From NCBI GenBank assembly GCA_027491395.1, contig JAOZFI010000036.1, positions 94,772-158,771 on the forward strand: a stretch of 64,000 nt of DNA. The letters are read 5' to 3'. Shown in pieces: positions 1-8,567 of the stretch. This DNA comes from Thermoproteota archaeon. Lineage in GTDB: Archaea; Korarchaeota; Korarchaeia; Korarchaeales; Korarchaeaceae. The notes under the pieces were generated by a model. It was not told the origin of the DNA and searched no databases. It saw only the letters and a program-made list of their open reading frames with translations. The position numbers and the translations under genes were made by a program. How positions within the stretch are numbered: the first letter of the stretch is position 1; every line of letters begins with the position of its first letter.

Positions 1-1
1 T

Positions 2-262
2 AGGACCTATGCGGGGAAAACATGCTACTGCTACTACGTTAGCAAGAGCGCGAAGGAAACCGTGAATGGCGTGGACAAGGCGGGAACTCAGTGGGTGGAG
101 ATATGTGTAACTCAGGATGGGATACCGGCCTACTACCTCTACCTATGGAAATCCTCTGATGGGAAGAACGCTATTAGAACCGAAATAATAGCTAGGACGA
201 TATCATATAACGTTCCGGATAGTGTTTTCAACCCACCCGTTGAACCAACCAGCCTTCCATAA
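2..262 (+). CDS. 3' end of a probable secreted/lipoprotein-like hypothetical protein (5'-truncated by the window edge)
   Basis: Frame is open from position 2 (RTYAGKTCYCYYVSK...). The T-x-A-G-x-x-C motif and C-terminal VPDSVFNPP resemble LolA-like/DUF4412-type proteins. Confidence 0.55.
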   Translation, partial: RTYAGKTCYCYYVSKSAKETVNGVDKAGTQWVEICVTQDGIPAYYLYLWKSSDGKNAIRTEIIARTISYNVPDSVFNPPVEPTSLP

Positions 263-383
263 TTGAACTATTTTTCATAATACATTTTAACACCAAAATT
301 CGAGGTACATCTTTCCAAGAGGGACATTTCACAGTAATATTTAACTGTTAGAAGACCACTATAATCATGGGGGGTGAAAGGGA

Positions 384-647
384 ATGGCCCACATGAGACT
401 ATCGCCCGATTTTGAGCATGTCTACAACGCCATCATGACTGAGTTGAGGGGTTACATACATGGTTCCGAGTGTCACATGGATAAGATAAAAGAATGGTTG
501 TCTACCTTGCCTCCTGAGGGAGTGAACTCCCTACTGGAGCAGCTTAGAAGGAATTTGGAGACTTGGAAGAATATTGGTTCCATAACTGAAGAGCAGTATG
601 AGAAGGCCCTCCAGAAACTTGAGGAGATAAGAGATCTAGCTAAGTAA
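384..647 (+). CDS. Small hypothetical protein with SHOCT-like C-terminus
   Basis: 87 aa; SD-like GGGGTGA upstream; C-terminal GSITEEQYEKAL. Confidence 0.6.
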   Translation: MAHMRLSPDFEHVYNAIMTELRGYIHGSECHMDKIKEWLSTLPPEGVNSLLEQLRRNLETWKNIGSITEEQYEKALQKLEEIRDLAK

Positions 648-739
648 CCTACCGACTCACATTATCCTTACCACCTGTGCATACGCACTTGGCAGGTGGG
701 GTTCTAAGTTTTTATGTTAGATCGACTCGACCCCAATAC

Positions 740-2362
740 GTGGACTTCAAGCTGATCATCGTAACCGGCGGAGTCATAAGCGGACTGGGAAAGGGTGTAA
801 TAGCTGCTTCCGTCGGAAAACTCCTCCAATCTAGGGGGTTCTCTATCTCCATGATAAAAATAGATCCCTACCTGAACCCGGATCCTGGCACCCTCAATCC
901 TATAGAACACGGGGAGGTCTTCATAACGGAGGAAGTATGGCACTTCAAACCGGGTCGTGGCGTCGAATTCAAGATAGCCGAGATCGATGAGGACTTCGGT
1001 CACTACGAGAGGTTCCTCGACGTGAATATGCATCCCTCCAACAACATAACGAGCGGTCAGATAATGCTCAGCGTTATCTTAGGGGAGAGAAAAGGGAGAT
1101 ACTTGGGCCAGACGATAAGGCTGATACCTCACGTGACCCAAGCTATAAAGGAGAGGATACATGAGGTAGCGAGGAGAGAAGAGCCCGACATACTGATAGT
1201 GGAGCTAGGAGGGACTGTAGGAGATTATGAGGCCATGGCATTCGTTGAGGCGCTCAGACAGCTCAGACTTGAAGTGGGAACTGAGAATTCGGTGCACATC
1301 CATGTCACCTACGTCCCCTTTGTTGAGACCGTCGGCGAGTTCAAGACGAAGCCAGCCCAGCTCTTCTTCAGGGAAGTGCTGGCTGCTGGCCTCCCACCGG
1401 ACTTCGTCATAGCGAGGACACAGTCCTCCCTCCCAGACGCGGTCAAGGCGAAACTTGCATTGTACGCGAGCGTTCCGAGGGATGCTGTGTTTGAGGACCC
1501 AGATCTAGACGTAGTTTACGAACTCCCCCTCTATCTGGAGGAAAGGGGTCTGGGCATGAAGCTGGAGGAGAAACTCGGTATCAAGGGAAAGCCCGACATG
1601 GAGGAATGGAGGGGGATAGTGAAGAGGTTCAAGCGAGGTGAACCCAAGAAAATAGCTATGGTAGGCAAGTACTGGAGGATGTCCGACGTCTACATCTCCA
1701 TAGTGGAGGCTATCAAACATGCGGGGGCTGAGTTGGGGATAAAGCCGGAGATACTAGCTGTCGACTCGGAGGAGCTGGAGAGGGGGATCGGGTGGGAACT
1801 ACTGGAGGAAGCAGATGGAATCCTCTCCACTCCGGGTTTCGGCTCTAGAGGAACTGAGGGGATGATCAAGGCTGCGGGATGGGCATTGAAAGAGGGTAAA
1901 CCGTTTCTAGGCATATGCTTCGGGGCCCAGCTCGCGACCGTGGCCTTCGCTAGAGAGATCATGGGATGGGATGGAGCGCATTCCACGGAGATAGACCCCA
2001 ACACCCCTTGGCCTGTCATAGATCTCCTCCCCGAGCAGAGGCAGGTCGAGGAGGTGGGGGGTACGATGAGGCTCGGTGGTCATGAGGTGATCCTCTTGAA
2101 GGGCATACTCAGGAGAGCCTACGGCAGGGAGAGAGTGATTGAGAGGTTCAGACATAGGTACCACATAATCAGGGAGTTCGCCGAGAGGATGGAGGAGCGG
2201 GGGTACAAGATAACGGCCGTAGATACAAGTGGCAGGATAATAAACGCATTCGAGGTGGAGGGGCACCCCTACTACGTGGGCGTCCAGTTCCACCCGGAGT
2301 TCAAATCGAGGCCGGGGAGGCCCAGCCCCACCTACAGGTCGTTCTTGGAGTCCTTCAGATAG
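740..2362 (+). CDS. pyrG: CTP synthase (divergent)
   Basis: VTGGVISGLGKG, KIDPYLN, GHYERF, ELGGTVGD, KTKP; glutaminase motifs GICFG and QFHPE. Start moved to GTG 740 by homology (ORF track 677). Confidence 0.95.
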   Translation: MDFKLIIVTGGVISGLGKGVIAASVGKLLQSRGFSISMIKIDPYLNPDPGTLNPIEHGEVFITEEVWHFKPGRGVEFKIAEIDEDFGHYERFLDVNMHPSNNITSGQIMLSVILGERKGRYLGQTIRLIPHVTQAIKERIHEVARREEPDILIVELGGTVGDYEAMAFVEALRQLRLEVGTENSVHIHVTYVPFVETVGEFKTKPAQLFFREVLAAGLPPDFVIARTQSSLPDAVKAKLALYASVPRDAVFEDPDLDVVYELPLYLEERGLGMKLEEKLGIKGKPDMEEWRGIVKRFKRGEPKKIAMVGKYWRMSDVYISIVEAIKHAGAELGIKPEILAVDSEELERGIGWELLEEADGILSTPGFGSRGTEGMIKAAGWALKEGKPFLGICFGAQLATVAFAREIMGWDGAHSTEIDPNTPWPVIDLLPEQRQVEEVGGTMRLGGHEVILLKGILRRAYGRERVIERFRHRYHIIREFAERMEERGYKITAVDTSGRIINAFEVEGHPYYVGVQFHPEFKSRPGRPSPTYRSFLESFR

Positions 2363-3485
2363 AGCTCAATACCGCTTTAACCTCTTTAATCACCCTGTCA
2401 ACCTCCTCATCCTTCATACAGTGGAATATAGGTAGATAAAGCACCTCCTTCGTCAGCCTCTCTGCATTGGGAGTTTCCACGTTGGAGTAATCCACTCCCC
2501 CGAAGAGGACGTGCAGGTAGTTATATTCCCTCTCAGAGAGCCTAGACATGACTGGTTGCCTCTGGAGAGGCATTGGATACGCAGGTCTAGCTAGCACACC
2601 TCTTTCCCTGAGCATCCTCACGACTTCATCCCTCTTCGATCCTACCCTTATAGGATAGAGGTGCCAAACTGGTTCGGCCCACTCCGCGCTTACCGGCGTC
2701 TCTACTATCCCAGAGAGTTCCTCTGTATATCTGGAGGCAATCTCTCTCCTCCTATAATTGAATTCATCCAGTTTTCGCAGCTGAACTAGGCCTATTGCTG
2801 CACTCATCTCGGTCATCCTGTAATTGAAACCCACGTAGTGATGCTCGTATTTCGAGACTTGGCCTTGGTCCCTTATGGCCTTGGCCCTCTGATACACGTA
2901 CTCGTCATCTGTGGTTATGATTCCCCCCTCCCCCGTTGTCATGTTCTTGGTGGGATAGAAACTGAAGGCACCGGCCTCCCCTATGCTCCCCACCTTCCTC
3001 CCCTTGTAGAGGGCCCCGTGTGCTTGGGCGGCATCCTCCAACAGGAACACCTCTCTATCCCCTACAACTTCTCTGATCGAATCTAGATCAGCAGGATGAC
3101 CGTGGATATGGACAGGAATGACTGCCCTGACTTTCGGGGTGAGCTTCCTTCTCAGATCTTCAGGGTCCATTGTTCCCGTCCTAGGATCCACATCAACGAA
3201 TACGGGTTTTGCCCCACTGAGTATCACAGAAGAGGCTGTCGCATAGAAGGTGTAGCTGGGAACAGCCACCTCATCTCCCGGACCTATTCCAAGTGAGATT
3301 AGAGCTACATGCAGGGCGGCGGTTCCGTTCGATACCGCCACAGCGTATTTGCTACCGACGTAGGATGCGAATTCGTTCTCGAACTCCTCAACCAGCTTGC
3401 CCTGAGCTAGCATTCCTGACCTGAGCACTTCGGCAACTCGGCTTATCTCTTCCTCCCCTATACAAGGCCTCGCTATAGGTATCAT
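2355..3485 (-). CDS. DegT/DnrJ/EryC1/StrS family PLP-dependent sugar aminotransferase
   Basis: SNGTAALH, EDAAQAHGA, FSFYPTKNMTTGEGG (PLP Lys), GFNYRM. Confidence 0.93.
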   Translation of the reverse strand: MIPIARPCIGEEEISRVAEVLRSGMLAQGKLVEEFENEFASYVGSKYAVAVSNGTAALHVALISLGIGPGDEVAVPSYTFYATASSVILSGAKPVFVDVDPRTGTMDPEDLRRKLTPKVRAVIPVHIHGHPADLDSIREVVGDREVFLLEDAAQAHGALYKGRKVGSIGEAGAFSFYPTKNMTTGEGGIITTDDEYVYQRAKAIRDQGQVSKYEHHYVGFNYRMTEMSAAIGLVQLRKLDEFNYRRREIASRYTEELSGIVETPVSAEWAEPVWHLYPIRVGSKRDEVVRMLRERGVLARPAYPMPLQRQPVMSRLSEREYNYLHVLFGGVDYSNVETPNAERLTKEVLYLPIFHCMKDEEVDRVIKEVKAVLSSI

Positions 3486-3530
3486 GGAAACACCTTCGGC
3501 TTATAGCCTCGACTCGAAAAACATAAGGGT

Positions 3531-4706
3531 ATGCTGCTAACGCTAGGGGTCACGATACCGGGATTGGATCCCTTCCTAGGTGAGGAGGTAAGGGAGCTAC
3601 TGGGTAGAGGTGTCAGGGGAGTGGTACCTGGTAAAGTGGAGTTTATGGCTACTCCTGAGGAGATCTTGAGGCTGAACTATACCTCCAGAACCGCGATCAG
3701 GTTCCTGATACTGGTAAGTAAGGAAATACTCGATCCCATAGATCTGGAATCACTGAAGAAGGCTGCCTCCTCGGTTGAGTGGTCCTCCCTCTTCAGTCCT
3801 TCCTATACGTTTGCAGTGAGAGCCGAGAGAGTGGGTTACCACAATTTCACCAGCGTGAATGTGGCAGCCATCGTGGGAGAAGCCGTAGTGGAGCACTTCT
3901 CCTCTCTGGGCACTAGAATAAGGGCAAACCTAAAGAGGCCTGATGTAGTGATCAGAGCCTACGTGAGCGGAAATATCTTCCTTCTAGGATTGGATACAAC
4001 TGGGGAAAGTCTTCACAAACGAGGATACAGGGTGTTCGAACACAGGACATCCCTCAATCCCGTGATAGCCTACTCACTGGTCAAGCTCAGTGGCTGGCTC
4101 GATTCTCTGCCCTCTGACCCAAGCTCGGTTCTAGTAGATCCGATGTGCGGTGGTGGGACGATTCCCATCGAGGGAGTGTTGGCTGCTTTGAGGATACCTC
4201 CCGGGAGGTGGAGGAGAAGTTACCCTGTGGATCATCTCTTCCCCTTCCAAGGCATCTCTCAGGAGGAGATATTCAATCGGGAAGATTCGTACATTGTAGA
4301 TAAGGATCTGAACGTCTTATGCTCCGACATAAGCCCAAAAAGCATAAGGGGGGCCATGGAGAACGCCAAGTCGGCTGGCGTCTACGACAAAATAGAGTTC
4401 GATGTGAGGGATGCGAGCGAGCTGATCTCCCTGAGTAGAATAAGCTCCGTAGCTACAGATCCACCCTATGAGTTAAGGACTGGGAGGAACAGGAGAATAG
4501 ACGAGACCTTCCATAGAATGGCCTTCGCCCTCGAGGAGAAGCTCGAGCATAGGTTCTCAGCCATATGCGCTGGCCCGGCCCTTCCTAAACTAATGACAGC
4601 CATGCGAAACCTCAAGCTGGTGTTCAACAGGAGGATTCTCTATGGCGGGATCGAGGCCAGGTTGCTAGCCTACGAGAGGAGGGGCACCCGACAGGAAGGC
4701 CACTAA
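3531..4706 (+). CDS. trm14: THUMP-domain tRNA m2G6 methyltransferase (Trm14/TrmN family)
   Basis: TFAVRAERVG (THUMP), DTTGESLHKRGYR, DPMCGGGTIPIE, TDPPY. Confidence 0.8.
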   Translation: MLLTLGVTIPGLDPFLGEEVRELLGRGVRGVVPGKVEFMATPEEILRLNYTSRTAIRFLILVSKEILDPIDLESLKKAASSVEWSSLFSPSYTFAVRAERVGYHNFTSVNVAAIVGEAVVEHFSSLGTRIRANLKRPDVVIRAYVSGNIFLLGLDTTGESLHKRGYRVFEHRTSLNPVIAYSLVKLSGWLDSLPSDPSSVLVDPMCGGGTIPIEGVLAALRIPPGRWRRSYPVDHLFPFQGISQEEIFNREDSYIVDKDLNVLCSDISPKSIRGAMENAKSAGVYDKIEFDVRDASELISLSRISSVATDPPYELRTGRNRRIDETFHRMAFALEEKLEHRFSAICAGPALPKLMTAMRNLKLVFNRRILYGGIEARLLAYERRGTRQEGH

Positions 4707-5309
4707 AGAACTCACAATAGGGACTGCTATGTTGTCCTCGCCTCCGTATAACTCCACCACCGAGGAGGAGATAGCTACCAATCCTGCAAGGAAGGGATCC
4801 CCAGTCAAGCCCACTAGCAAGGCTAGATAAGAGATGAGACCTGCAGCCGTACCCTCCAAGGTCCCATCAGCCATCGGGATCTTGATTCTGCCCACTGATA
4901 TTCCCACCATCGAGGAAAGTCCGTCAGTTAATATGAGGGCGAATATGCCGTAGGAGGCAAGTGATCCGAAAAGGAAGTAGGAAGAAGAGACGCCAATTAA
5001 TCCAGATAAGGCACCAAGCCAACCAGCTCTCCTCTCGTAGTCCCTCTCAACGAGGCTCACCAACCTGTTGAATGATTCGAGGACTATCTCCATTCCCTTA
5101 GGCTGAGGAATCTGCATTCCCGCCCTGAGCCACTGTGGGAGGCCCTTCACCTGAACCGAGTAGATCCAGCCGCCGACAGCGAGGGCCGCAGCATATACAA
5201 GTTTAGGATCTATCAGATCCTCAACCATCATCGGGGCGAGGAGGATAGAGGAGAACAGGATGTGGATCGCTTTCCTGAGCAACTCATTCCTCTTGGAATT
5301 CACTACCAA
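4665..5309 (-). CDS. Dolichol/phytol kinase-like membrane protein (COG0170)
   Basis: RKAIH, DGLSSMVG, TLEG, EDNIAVP; several TM segments. Start probably TTG 5309, overlapping the upstream stop (track 5381). Confidence 0.7.
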   Translation of the reverse strand: MVVNSKRNELLRKAIHILFSSILLAPMMVEDLIDPKLVYAAALAVGGWIYSVQVKGLPQWLRAGMQIPQPKGMEIVLESFNRLVSLVERDYERRAGWLGALSGLIGVSSSYFLFGSLASYGIFALILTDGLSSMVGISVGRIKIPMADGTLEGTAAGLISYLALLVGLTGDPFLAGLVAISSSVVELYGGEDNIAVPIVSSLVAFLSGAPPLVG

Positions 5310-5995
5310 TGGACATCCCCCAGTACCATCACCACGGCCGATACTATCGGCACCGTAAGATTGTCGTCTACCCTCGGCCACCTCTCTACCATAGTGGCCA
5401 CAATAGCGGCTATAGCACCAATGTATCCCTTGTAAAAGAATCCTATCGGCAGAGAGACGAGAAGCATGGCCACACTACCCGCAGCCCCTTTACTCCACCT
5501 CTTGTAGACGATGTTTCTGACTATGCCAGTCACCCCATCGCCCACCGACATGAACAGCGCTGCAGCAATGCCCGCGCTCAGGTCTACGTACCATAGCCCC
5601 ACTATAACTAATGTCCATGTGATGCAGAAGTAGACCTCTCCTAGGTTGCCCTCCACTTGGAACCAGTCAAACTTCTCTCCCTTTAGCCTGGGAAGCAGAG
5701 TTAGCACAATCATCCCGACACCGCCTATAAGCGGTATCGCCGGAGACTTGAAGAGGTAGGGTGTCAGAACAGCCACTAGCCCGCCGGATAGTATGTGTAT
5801 AACCTTCCTAGCTACATAGAGGTTCTGCCACTCGGCCACCTTTTTGGATATCCAGAACACCACTACAGAAATCCAGACGACCAAGACGAACAACCAGAGA
5901 ATCTCGTCAATGCTGGGACTCCAATACCAAAGAGCTATGACCGACACGAGTAGCAATGTCAGCAGTATGATGGGGATCTCTGCTCTCATACACAA
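5303..5995 (-). CDS. Dolichol/phytol kinase-like membrane protein (COG0170)
   Basis: ARKVIHILSGG, GDGVTGIV, K-x-x-x-GS, DDNLTVP; several TM segments. Confidence 0.8.
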   Translation of the reverse strand: MCMRAEIPIILLTLLLVSVIALWYWSPSIDEILWLFVLVVWISVVVFWISKKVAEWQNLYVARKVIHILSGGLVAVLTPYLFKSPAIPLIGGVGMIVLTLLPRLKGEKFDWFQVEGNLGEVYFCITWTLVIVGLWYVDLSAGIAAALFMSVGDGVTGIVRNIVYKRWSKGAAGSVAMLLVSLPIGFFYKGYIGAIAAIVATMVERWPRVDDNLTVPIVSAVVMVLGDVHW

Positions 5996-6046
5996 GGGTC
6001 CGATTGACGCTATACTATAAAGTCCCCGCCGATCGGTCTATCTAGA

Positions 6047-6127
6047 GGGGGTCAGGGGAGGACCACTTCATCATCGCCTCCGGGGAGCTCAAAAGGGTAA
6101 GGTAAGCCGGCCGGCCCTCATCCCCCC
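6047..6127 (-). ncRNA. Probable box C/D methylation-guide sRNA
   Basis: Minus strand: GGGGG, degenerate C box AUGAGGG, guide, D' UUGA, small hairpin, C' AUGAUGA, 12-nt guide AGUGGUCCUCCC, D box CUGA, CCCCC closing the terminal stem. Intergenic. Confidence 0.7.
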
Positions 6128-6184
6128 AGTTGAGGGGGCCCTCTTAATGTAATCTTTATCGCTTGAAAGTAAGTGTGATGTACC

Positions 6185-6565
6185 ATGGCTGAGGAGAACC
6201 TCCCACCAAGTCTGAGGGATGTGCTTGAGAAGCTCGACAGAGGAGAGAAAGTGAGCGATAAGGAGTTATCTAATGCCTTCGCTGAGCTCAGAAGAGATTT
6301 CTTCAAAGTAGGAGAAGTTCTACTTTCTGAGAGATTATCCCTATATGAGATGATCAGGCTGGGCATAGAGATGGCGGACGAGGACCTCTTTCTCGCATGT
6401 GATGAGCACGATTCCCTGAGGAGGATCGTCTACAAGGTCGTGAGGATGATGAGCGGGGAGAGTTTAGAGAAGGCATCTAAGGAGATACTCTCCAAGGACT
6501 TAGAGAGGACCCTCTTGGGTGCGTTCATAATGAGGAGATTGGGTGGTCGGGGCGGGGGGACTTGA
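6185..6565 (+). CDS. Hypothetical all-helical protein
   Basis: 126 aa with typical codon usage; 3' end overlaps tRNA-Tyr on the opposite strand. Confidence 0.65.
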   Translation: MAEENLPPSLRDVLEKLDRGEKVSDKELSNAFAELRRDFFKVGEVLLSERLSLYEMIRLGIEMADEDLFLACDEHDSLRRIVYKVVRMMSGESLEKASKEILSKDLERTLLGAFIMRRLGGRGGGT

Positions 6566-6663
6566 ACCCCCGACCTGCCGGTATCTGTGAGAGCGGGCCG
6601 CTGACGGAGCGCCGCCCGGCGCCCTCTACAGCCGGCCGCTCTGCCAGGCTGAGCTACGCCCCG
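6544..6663 (-). tRNA. tRNA-Tyr(GUA) with 43-nt intron at 37/38 (intron 6583-6625); CCA encoded
   Basis: Acceptor CGGGGCG/CGCCCCG (C1-G72, A73); anticodon stem GCCGG/CCGGC with CU-GUA-G^A; T arm GGGGG-UUCAAGU-CCCCC; BHB helix CUGU/ACAG with 3-nt bulges. Confidence 0.96.
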
Positions 6664-6720
6664 CCATCTAGATGAGTGCAACCCCTCTATATTAATTTTA
6701 CAGTCCGAGCCGCGCGACAG

Positions 6721-7242
6721 TCACGACAACTCTCCGAGGGAGGCCTCTATGTCCATCTGAGCTGCCACCTTCTGGAAGGTCTCGAAGTCCTCATTGCTCC
6801 ACGCGACCAGCACTACCTCCTTCAGACTCGATTTAAGGACCTCCTCCAGAATTATCCTCACCGCCACCTCCACGGGCACTCCTCCGACTCCCGCTCCCAT
6901 GGCTGGAAAAGCTAGACTCTCCAAGCCCAGTTCCTCCGCCTTCTTGAGAGCAGCCCTAACGGCTTTCCTCACGAACTCGGGATTACTCTTCCCTCCGGGG
7001 GACTCCACCGTGGGCGCGTGTATGATATATTTGGCCTTGAGCTTTCCGGCTGAAGTTTCCACAGCGTCTCCTATCCTTATGGGAGCTTTTTTAAGGGCCT
7101 CCTCTTGTATCTCCTCGCCACCCTTTCTCCTTATCGCGCCGGCAACGCCTCCACCCATGATAAGCTGGACATTGGCTGGATTCACCAGAGCGTCCACCTC
7201 GACTTCGGTGATGTCACCGCGCACGATCATTATCCTCGGCAT
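6721..7242 (-). CDS. Macro domain protein (ADP-ribose binding / Appr-1''-p processing)
   Basis: GDIT, VNPAN, GGGVAGAI, IIHAP, AFPAMGAGVGG. ATG 7242 follows an SD sequence GGTGA. Confidence 0.93.
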   Translation of the reverse strand: MPRIMIVRGDITEVEVDALVNPANVQLIMGGGVAGAIRRKGGEEIQEEALKKAPIRIGDAVETSAGKLKAKYIIHAPTVESPGGKSNPEFVRKAVRAALKKAEELGLESLAFPAMGAGVGGVPVEVAVRIILEEVLKSSLKEVVLVAWSNEDFETFQKVAAQMDIEASLGELS

Positions 7243-7278
7243 TAGATCACCCCCCATGTAATCAGGAGAATGGAGAAT

Positions 7279-7572
7279 TTAGAGATTGAGCTCCTCGGGC
7301 CTTAGCATCCGTGGAACACCCGCTTCTATCGGATATTCTGCACCACAGTTCTCGCAGACTAGCTTGCCAGTTACCACTTCCCTACTCATGCACTCCATGC
7401 ATAGGGAGGGGTCGCTTGGTTCTCCTCCCGAGAAAGCACACCACTTCTCGCAGAGGGGTTTCTCTGGTTTACTGGGCAATCCCTCCACCGCTTCTTCCCT
7501 TTCAATAACCAACTTCAAGGGAAAGTGATGGCATTCCGGGCACGCCAAGAGATCCAGCAGCCTCCTCCTCAA
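7279..7572 (-). CDS. Trm112-like methyltransferase activator
   Basis: LLDLLACPEC...GKLVCENCGAEYPIEAGVPRML, with a Cys-rich central insert. Confidence 0.85.
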   Translation of the reverse strand: MRRRLLDLLACPECHHFPLKLVIEREEAVEGLPSKPEKPLCEKWCAFSGGEPSDPSLCMECMSREVVTGKLVCENCGAEYPIEAGVPRMLRPEELNL

Positions 7573-8258
7573 ACGATCACCTTCAAGAGGTTAGGTAACT
7601 CTCTCAAGCTTTTAATCATGCCATCCGCCTCGGGTCTCTGGACATCCTCCCTTATGACCCATATCGTCCTCATACCGACCTTCTTAGCACCTTCGATGTC
7701 TTCATAGGGGGAATCCCCGATCATCACGGCTTCCTCGGGTCGGGCACCCATCACCTCCAGTGCGCGCATGAATATCTCCCTAGCCGGCTTCCTAACCCCG
7801 ACCATGTGAGATGAAACTATCACTTGGAAGAGGTCGAGTAGACCATCCTTCCTCAACCTCTCCACCACCATGTCGTGGTAGGGTGTGTTAGATACTACCG
7901 CCAACTCGTACTTCGAGGACAGCTTATCCAATGTCTCTTTAGCTCCCGGTTTCAGGGTGGTCAAATCCAGCATCGGCGATGCGTAAGCCTTCAGATGCTC
8001 ATCCTCTACATTCTCGACATCCAAGAAACTTAAGAAGGACTCCAGCTCTAAGGTAGCAGGTATTTCAATGCAACTGGTTCTCCTCCTATTATCGAAGGCG
8101 TTAAAGAGTCTCCTGTAGAAATTGAAGGCCCTCTCCTCAACGCCCGGATCCTCTATGCCCTCCACCTTCAAGATGTTCCTGACCCTATACCGGTAGTAGA
8201 GGTCCAAGTCCGGAGGATCGATGATGGTCCTCCAGAAGTCGAAGAGGAGGTAAAGCAT
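7569..8258 (-). CDS. HAD-superfamily hydrolase (subfamily IA)
   Basis: FDFWRT, VVSNT, RKP, IGDSPYEDIEGA. Confidence 0.88.
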   Translation of the reverse strand: MLYLLFDFWRTIIDPPDLDLYYRYRVRNILKVEGIEDPGVEERAFNFYRRLFNAFDNRRRTSCIEIPATLELESFLSFLDVENVEDEHLKAYASPMLDLTTLKPGAKETLDKLSSKYELAVVSNTPYHDMVVERLRKDGLLDLFQVIVSSHMVGVRKPAREIFMRALEVMGARPEEAVMIGDSPYEDIEGAKKVGMRTIWVIREDVQRPEADGMIKSLRELPNLLKVIV

Positions 8259-8306
8259 ATTACTTCGAGAGAGCGGAGGATAATAACTTGGCGGCGAGGT
8301 GTTCGG

Positions 8307-8567
8307 ATGTCAGATCACAAGTACGAATTGCAGGTAGTGAAACTACAGAGAGCAATGAGGGTCCCTAAGGACTACAAGGAGAAACTGAAGGAGCTGTACG
8401 GTAATAAAGTGATATCCAAATTCTCCAAGGATGCGGTGGACTGCCCAGTGCGGGGCGAGAGGGTGAGCTTTCTCATATGCATGGGATGTCCCAACTACGT
8501 TAGGAGGTTCAAGGGGTACGTTCACTGTAAGGGAGAACCTCTCGACGAAGAACTAGTAGAGCGATGA
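8307..8567 (+). CDS. Small Cys-containing hypothetical protein
   Basis: 86 aa with DCPV, CMGC and HCKG (4 Cys); SD GAGGTG. Confidence 0.7.
   Translation: MSDHKYELQVVKLQRAMRVPKDYKEKLKELYGNKVISKFSKDAVDCPVRGERVSFLICMGCPNYVRRFKGYVHCKGEPLDEELVER

Noticed and set aside
935-976. pyrG insertion as an mRNA intron or intein
   Set aside because: In frame, no convincing BHB motif, no intein termini, and it reads like a beta-hairpin.
6118-6915. ORFs 6118-6366(-), 6430-6681(-) and 6676-6915(+)
   Set aside because: Shadows of the tRNA and of real genes on the other strand.
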